NCBI GenBank assembly: GCA_051362555.1
Contig: CM120640.1
Span: forward strand, 60,800,788 to 60,864,787
Source: Lingula anatina
Taxonomy: Eukaryota > Animalia > Brachiopoda
DNA length: 64,000 bases
Reading direction: 5' to 3'
The notes beneath the pieces are model-generated. The model searched no databases, was not told the origin of the DNA, and saw only the letters and a program-made list of their open reading frames with translations. A program made the position numbers and the translations under genes. The stretch's first letter is position 1, and each line of letters begins with the position of its first letter. Shown here one piece after another: positions 57,085-64,000 of this stretch.

Positions 57085-57667
57085 CAGACTTGACATTTAA
57101 CATGAAATATTTTAGTTTCAAGGATATGGCTAGGTAAAATGTACCATTTATTTCTAAAAAGTGCATTTCGTGCGAATTATGAGAATACACAAAAGTATGA
57201 TCAAGTATGTCAGTAACAATAAACTGACTGCCTTGTCTGAAGCACTGCATCATTACGTAATGTGCGGTGATTTCTTTGGGTAGTACTCATTTGGCTGGTC
57301 TTAGTATGGCTACGGCAGTGCATGGTTCAGACAAAAAAGTCTCAATATTTCGGAAACGCCCGCACATAAGATTTTGAAATTTTGCATACATGTAGCAGAT
57401 GTTACCGTGCGTGATAATTTGGAAAATATGGAGATCGACATAATGCTCTCAATTGTTGTTGTTTTACTTAGAATCAGCCATGTTATTTGTTTGCTTAATA
57501 AGGTGAATTCAGCGAAAGAGTGGATGTCAAAATTTCACTGAAAAGATTATTAAAAGCTATTAAAACAAGATTCAAATCCTTTTTAGTCGACTTATTAAGT
57601 CGGAAAAGTAGGACAAAATAAAAAAAAGTGGTTCGGAAAAAATATTCCATATTAAATGTCAAGTCTG
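57085..57667. mobile_element. Tc1/mariner-like MITE
   Basis: TA|CAGACTTGACATTTAAcATGaAATATTT...AAATATTcCATaTTAAATGTCAAGTCTG|TA, ~28-bp TIRs. Confidence 0.85.
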
Positions 57668-58008
57668 TATAATTCTTTTGTTCATAATCTATTTACAAGG
57701 TGTTTTTGAAATTAACCTACATTCATCTACTTGTACTTATCTGTCTATATATCTGTGTATTAACTTAGGGTGACATTTCATATTAAATACAGTGCAAGTG
57801 ACTAAAACGTGAAAAAGTATTTACTGAAAGTGTGTTGAATATTACTAAATGGTAGGCATTAGACTTTGAAGCAACGCGCTTTTTAAATCAAATAAACTAA
57901 ACGCCGTACCAGGGCCTTAGGTTAATTATGTGCACTTTTCTGTAGTGAGCCAGCAGAGAATTGTATCATGGATTAACACGAGAGATATCTATGAAAATCA
58001 AGTGAAAA

Positions 58009-59573
58009 TCAATCCGTGACCCTGATAGAAGGTGCATTGTGTTCAGCATTTCCACTTATACTACATGTATTAGTATTTAGGGATTTGAAGGACACGCCCA
58101 TGAGAACCAGGAGAACAACTAAAAATACAATCATTGTAGCTAGTAACCCGTAAAGTTGCCCAGTAAAAGCCCCAGCAACAATGGGCCCTAATATGGCGGC
58201 AACACCACCTACAATATGACGTATACCCTGACTGAGCCCTTGGTCCTTTTCTGGAGTAACTTTAGAGAAAAGTGAGGCCTGGGCTGCAGCCACGAACGGT
58301 AACCCCAATAACTGAAGGAATACCGCAACTGCAAACTCAACCAAGAGCCAGGTATAGGGATGCATAGGCTGCACGAGAAATATGGCAAACCAAACACAAG
58401 AAGTAACACATATCAGTGTCCCAATCAAAAGAATTGATCTGTCCTGAAGTTTCTTGCTTAGTAATCTAACAATTACAAAACCAACGATAACTTCTACGCC
58501 GCCCACTAAATAGAGCAAACTATTTTCAAAAGTATGGAACTGAAAATGTTCTTCAGTATATGGTGTTACCAGTGTCTCCAAAGATGTTTGATTAAACAAA
58601 GTGACAAACTGTGCTAACAATACGGTTATGACCGTTTTCTTGAAATAATGACGAAACCTTTTAAAATTTGATATGCTTAAAAAGTTGTTGCTGGTGCCGT
58701 TAGCCCTTTCAGTCTCTTCACTTTCCGCAACATTATTCACATTCGTAGTGTCATAAGGGGCATTGTTTTTGTCATTTTCACGCATTTCGTTAAATGTTTC
58801 AGTAATAGTCGGAATATGTGCTATATCGGCAACGCGATGCATGATAGACTGCCTGTTGCCTCGTGTTGATACTGTATTCATGGAAAGACGTCTGCCACTA
58901 AGAAAAGTAACAGGATAAATTTCTGTTTGTAAACCATCTTCAAAGTGAAAAGCCAACTCTTCGGATGGTGACTTGTTAGACTTCAAGACACCGCAACAAA
59001 AATGCCTCGCAAATGCAATTTCTTTCACGCCATCGTCAGTTTTATTTGCAAAATCCCAAAAGAGAAAAACCATAAGCAGGTCCATGATAATCCACATCAA
59101 TGTCATGAAGAGACCTGGTGAGTTCAGTTCGTTTATTTCCACCGCTCCCAGTTTTAGATTCACAAGCCTTAGTCCGAGGTAAAGTCCTGGACCTATTAGA
59201 AGACCAATCTGCCGTGCTCCCATGGCCAGTGAAAATATAGCAGTGCGATCTTTGTCCTCAGTTACACGGGCAAGAAACGCAAACATAGTTGCTGCAGCGC
59301 CGGATCCTACGCCGGCCACCAATCGACCCGCGAAAAGTAGCCATTTATCTCCCCCAATGAAGTAAATCAAATTCCCTACTTTTTCAAAACAGTTTGAAAA
59401 TATTACAAGCCACTTCGTACTTATTCTCTTGTCCGAGAATTTTCCGAATATTGGTGCGGCTACCAGGCCACTGACGTGAAATGCTGAAATGACCAGTCCA
59501 AGTTGGTAGGCCTCGCCACCAAGGGACTGAAGGTACTGATATACGGTGGGAAGGATAATGGCGTATTCGACAC
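58009..59573 (-). CDS. MFS transporter, MFSD8/CLN7-like, main coding exon
   Basis: CAG acceptor, then an open frame GVEYAIILPTVYQYLQSLGG...APIFGKFSDK (MFS motif A)...GRLVAGVGSG...; hydrophobic TM blocks and a large central loop; TGA at 58009. The full protein is ~542 aa. The subfamily was assigned by recalled motif similarity, not by a search. Confidence 0.9.
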
Positions 59574-59878
59574 CTGAAATTGAAATGGTTTAAGTGGCTA
59601 ACATTATGAAGATATAACGATACAGGTAAGTATCGTAAGTATCAATACTCGTTTCAATAAAATTGCAAGAATTTTTGTAATAGAAAATTGATGTACATGT
59701 ACGTTCAACAACTAATTCTTTTTTCACTTACGTCCAAAAAAATTACATAATCTTTATTTTTTTTTGGTAAAGGGGTAAATGGAATAAGATATTACTTTCA
59801 TGTCAAATTCATGATACAGAACAACTTATATTGGGTCCTAGTACAGAAGTAGAATATCGTAGAATCTGTTACATTTAC

Positions 59879-59942
59879 CTTCTAGTAAAAAGAATACAAT
59901 CACGGCAAAATAAGTCAATCGACGCTTCACCCGTTCCTTCAT
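59879..59942 (-). CDS. MFS transporter first coding exon
   Basis: MKERVKRRLTYFAVIVFFLLE-G|GTAAAT, phase 1 matches the next exon. An upstream TTTTCAG acceptor at 60016-60017 suggests a 5'UTR intron. Confidence 0.85.
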
Positions 59943-60035
59943 GATTGTCGAGCTGCTTCTGATTACGACTAATACAGCACACAGTTCATATATAGGTTGC
60001 AATTGATTATTTAATCTGAAAAGAATAATTAGAAA

Positions 60036-60304
60036 AACTAGGAAAAAACTCAGAGAATGCAGACCTCTTCCTAGACAGCTCAATTCTCATTTCAATTAAA
60101 TCATTGATCAGATAATGAAAGGATCATCAGCAAAATATAATGGATTCCAAGTTAAGACATTTATGACATATCCTGAAAATTTTAACAAAATCCATCTTTA
60201 ACTTTCTGCATAATACTGCAAACACTTATGCAAACAGACTCAAAAAGCTAGGAAGTTAATATAATATGCATAAGCTTTCAAAAACAACTTTTCTTGGCGG
60301 GCAA
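60036..60304 (-). mobile_element. Degenerate HINE copy
   Basis: aactaggaaaaaactcagagaatgcagacctc ... ttcttggcgggcaa, same ends as 47205-47487. Confidence 0.65.
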
Positions 60305-61417
60305 CGCGGATTCACCTGATCACGAAGCAAAATTCATGTTATTATTTTATGAGGAAATAAAATAACTGCCCAGAAAGCAGAAAATATAGCTCCCTTAAGT
60401 GCATACTTTAGTTAATTAATTTTCAAAACTGTTCAGAATTGCATTCATGCATCAGATAATCCGGCGGCTGGCACTTGTATTGTGCTAAAATGTAGGAAAA
60501 GGCCGTTACAACCTTCGCCTTGACAAATACACTCTCTTATATCACATATAACGGGTGGCTGGTCATGTACAGTTGTAACTAGTGCGATAGCACTTGTCGC
60601 GGAACTCTACATGAAAGAGGACTATATTTTGCGTAGAATCTATTACATACTAAAAAACTTTATGGGTGTGCCGTGCAATTTTCCCGTCTAGTTCAGCTGT
60701 TGACAATTGACTATAAAAAGCTGATAACAATCACTTTGGATCAAATTTTTGGACCAAACGTTTTTCACTTTAAAAATTAATCATAATTATCTAAAGCAGT
60801 GAGAGGATCATTCTTCTTTTCAAACATAATTTGGTAAATTTACTTAAAATGATGAATTATTTTGAAAGTTAACAACTTTTGAGAATTATATTTATTATGT
60901 AAAGGAAAAAGGAAGACCAGTTACATATAAACGGTGTCGTCAGCGGGAAATAAAACTCAATATCTGTGTATTGGGTTCGCAAGTTTAAGTATAGTGCATC
61001 TATTAAAAGAAAGATGTTTATAAAAGTTGGAAGTTGGGGACTAGCCCAATAAAACATAATGCACTGCAGATAAAGGAGTATCTTTTTAGACTCTTTTTGC
61101 CTATGTTAGGATGTCCGAATTTTTTAAAACAATCTGAGTCTAATATCAGATCACAAGATTATCTTAATTGATTCCAATTGCTTGTTAAAACCTTAATGTT
61201 TGAAATTGTTATAAATAATAAATTTAGGGAAATGAAAAATGTCTAACAACCAGACCTCTTTCACAGACATACATTGCATAACTTTGGTTTTGTTTAGGGT
61301 ACATGTAATATACCCCCCCCCCCCCCCCATTAAGTCAGGAATGTTAATGTGTATCTGATAGGACGTATCCGGGACATTTACTTTTAAGTTAAAACGATGA
61401 CCTATTTAAGGAACAGT

Positions 61418-61435
61418 CGGAAGTGATCACGTGGC
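61418..61435. promoter_or_regulatory. ETS site plus CACGTG E-box (CLEAR-like), candidate MFS promoter
   Basis: CGGAAGTGATCACGTGGC ~1.5 kb upstream of the ATG in CpG-retaining DNA. Confidence 0.3.
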
Positions 61436-61746
61436 ATTCATGCCATAACTGCTTACTAAAGGCTCTAAGGCCCATTTACATGTTGGGCACTTTATAATAA
61501 GACACGCCTGATAGTTTTGCGGGACGCAAAAATCAGTATGATTTCCTATAAAGTTAGTTGCAATCAGATGCAGAGAGACGGTAGAGAGACCCTTGCTTTA
61601 TGCCATTCGATGCAGATTTATCTCTTTTTTTCCGTTTTTATAAATTCTTTCATCGTCCTCGTAACTTCTAAGCTCTCAATCATTACATGCATATAATTTT
61701 TTTTCTGTATTTCAAGGGTGGGCCTGTAGAGCTGTTCTTCAGGGCA

Positions 61747-61749
<3 letters not shown>

Positions 61750-61782
<33 letters not shown>
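61750..61782. repeat. (CA)n microsatellite
   Basis: Directly visible. Confidence 0.95.
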
Positions 61783-61785
<3 letters not shown>

Positions 61786-62267
61786 ATTTCAGTTTCCTCT
61801 AGATTTCCAAATGTAAAATTAAAATATGAGAAACAAAAATCCAATTGTCAAGTTTAACTGGTAGGAATGGGAGTGGCAAAATGTGTTTCTGAAAAAAAAA
61901 TGTCACGACGAGAGGAAACTCGTGTTAAAGAGGTCAAGCTTATTCGGAAGGTAAAATTCTCTTGAAACCTTTAACAGATTTTTTAAATCCCTGCTGAAGT
62001 TATTTCCATCAAATGCTTTATTGTTTTATTTAGTCACCCACGGTTGCCTTCCCCCTCTCGTGTGAAAGACCAATGGACGGAATGCACTTAGGTCTCTGGA
62101 CAGACTGGAAAGAATCTCAGTGCCATCATCCTACAAATGTTTCTTTTAGATGAATAAAGAAACCAATCGTAAAAATCACATAATTAAATTTATACAAACG
62201 GTGTGTTTAATGAATGGCACCAAACCAAGTTTTTGTGCATTTGCGTCTGCTTCATTACACATCTTAT

Positions 62268-63192
62268 AACTAGAGGATCAGAGAGGCGATACCGCCTCCG
62301 GGTATTGTACCACCAGCTGGAGTAAGTGCATTCGTATGTTAAAGCAAAAAAGGACACCACCTCTAGTGTTCTGCTTGACAAGATCTACAAAATGCAGCCT
62401 AGAGTTCTAAATATTTTTATTGAAAATTACAATTTAAAACAAAATCATGGGGAAGAGTTAAAGTTTAAATCCAAATTTGTGAAGTGCGATTCATGGCGAA
62501 AAGAAGGTCAAAGGTCAATTTTAAGGTCACAGTTAGATTGCCAGTATATGACTTCTTATTCCAGTTCAATAGTAACTATGGGCATATCTCTGCTAGTTTT
62601 GAAGATATAACAGATAGAAAGGTTGCAAAGTTCAGCTCATGGTGAATAGTAGGTCTAAGGTCAATTTTAAGGTCACAGTTAAATTGTCAATATATGACTT
62701 CCTATTCAAGTTCAATAGTAACAATGGGCATATCTCTGCAGGTTTTGGAAATGTAAGGGACGAAAACCTTACAAAGTTCGGTTCATGGTGAAAAGTAGGT
62801 CAAAAGTTAATTTTAAGGTCATAGTTAGATTGCCAGTATATATCTTCCTATTCAAGTTCAATAGTAACTACGGCATATTTCTGCTAGTTTTGGAGATATA
62901 ACAGATGAAAAGGTTGTAAAGTTCAGTTCATGATAAAAAGTAGGTCGAAGGTCAATTTTAAGGTCACAGATTGCCAGTATATATCTTTCTATTCAAGTTC
63001 AATAGTAATCATGGCATATTTCTGCTAGTTTTGGAGATATAACAGATAGAAAGGTTGTAAAGTTCAGTTCATGATGAAAAGTAGGCCAAATGTCAATTTT
63101 AAGGTCACAGTTAGATTGCCAGTATATATTTTCCTATTTAACTTAATAGTAACTATGGACCTATCTCTGCTAGTTTTGGAGATGTAAGGGAC
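62268..63192 (-). mobile_element. Helentron/HINE-like element with ~146-bp internal tandem array (about 5 units)
   Basis: AACTAG end with gaggcgataccgcctc hairpin; units start at ~62512, 62658, 62804, 62949 and 63090 (ggtcaattttaaggtcacag...gttcaatagtaacta). Confidence 0.7.
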
Positions 63193-64000
63193 CTAATGTT
63201 TCTATTTTGGAGATACAGTAATGTGCCATAAATTTCTACAAAATAAATTAATTGAAATAAAGAAAAGGTCATTTTGGTTGAAATTCTTGAAATGGGAGGT
63301 GCTCAGAAGCTCCAGATGTTCAAATTTCATGAAATAATGTCATCTTTGACCAGAAGTTGTCTGCCTCGCCAAGCCTTATGTTATCTTTTCCAGAAGTTCA
63401 AAAATTTTTACATATTATCGTATTGCACATTTTGCTTTCACTACCACAACGTACTTTTTTTTATACAGCATAACTTGTAAACCGTATGGAAAACAAAAAA
63501 ACGAAGACCACTTTTAGCGTTAAGCTTGACATAATCTATTAAATGCAAAAAACAAGAGGTCTCTAGCATTAACGGTTCCAGAATTAGAGATAGTTTTCTG
63601 TTTCGACATCAGATAGAAGACAAAACTGCCATTGTATACCATAAAAACTGTAATTATTTCTCTTTATTCGTAGCTTTAATTTATATAATGATTATGAAAA
63701 AATAAACCTAGGAGCATGATTCAGTTACCTTTTCCCCTCGGTACTCTGTTCTTCCACTCTTTCAAAAATGCTTTTAATCTTGTCTCATAACCATGCAAGA
63801 TATTTTCTCTATGATTTGACTGAAGTTCCAGTAACAAATACATGTACTCGTCGTCCACTGTATGCGACAAACAAGAGGCTAGGGCTTCAAACACTGGGAT
63901 TAACGCACCAAGGCGTAGTAAAATACAAGCGAAAGTGTACCGTAAGTGAAATACAAGAGCAATAAAGGGAACCGGACGATAAAGGATTGTGCCGGAAGTG

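Noticed and set aside
62480-63192. Regularly spaced repeats as a CRISPR array
   Set aside because: Units are contiguous ~146-bp repeats without unique spacers, in a eukaryotic context with no cas genes
63990-64000. CCGGAAGTG ETS motif as promoter of a next gene
   Set aside because: Plausible but at the window edge; no downstream sequence to support it

Overview
AT-rich animal genomic DNA. It is probably from a marine invertebrate such as a lophotrochozoan; this is an inference from mosaic CpG depletion, HINE/Helentron-type repeats and the fibrillin architecture. The minus strand from 43878 to the left edge carries the 5' part of a fibrillin gene. I traced 53 GT-AG exons (about 2480 codons): signal peptide, FUN, EGF1-3, Hyb1, TB1-TB7, Hyb2 and cbEGF arrays, with the gene continuing beyond position 1. 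The domain order matches vertebrate fibrillin and keeps the TB4 RGD and the unpaired Hyb1 Cys. It differs in four ways: a ~110-aa basic Ser/Gln/Tyr-rich insert fused to an EGF2 that has lost its C1-C3 disulfide pair, no N-terminal furin site, an extra EGF in place of the Pro/Gly-rich hinge, and two recent tandem duplications of splice acceptors that create stop-codon decoy exon starts. To the right (48.5-60 kb) is an intact MFSD8/CLN7-like MFS transporter with two coding exons on the minus strand. Two decayed tandem partial copies lie downstream of it, along with several MITEs/HINEs, a perfect 73-bp palindrome and a 146-bp tandem array. No prokaryotic, CRISPR, rRNA or tRNA features were seen. 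All calls come from manual reading; no database searches were run.
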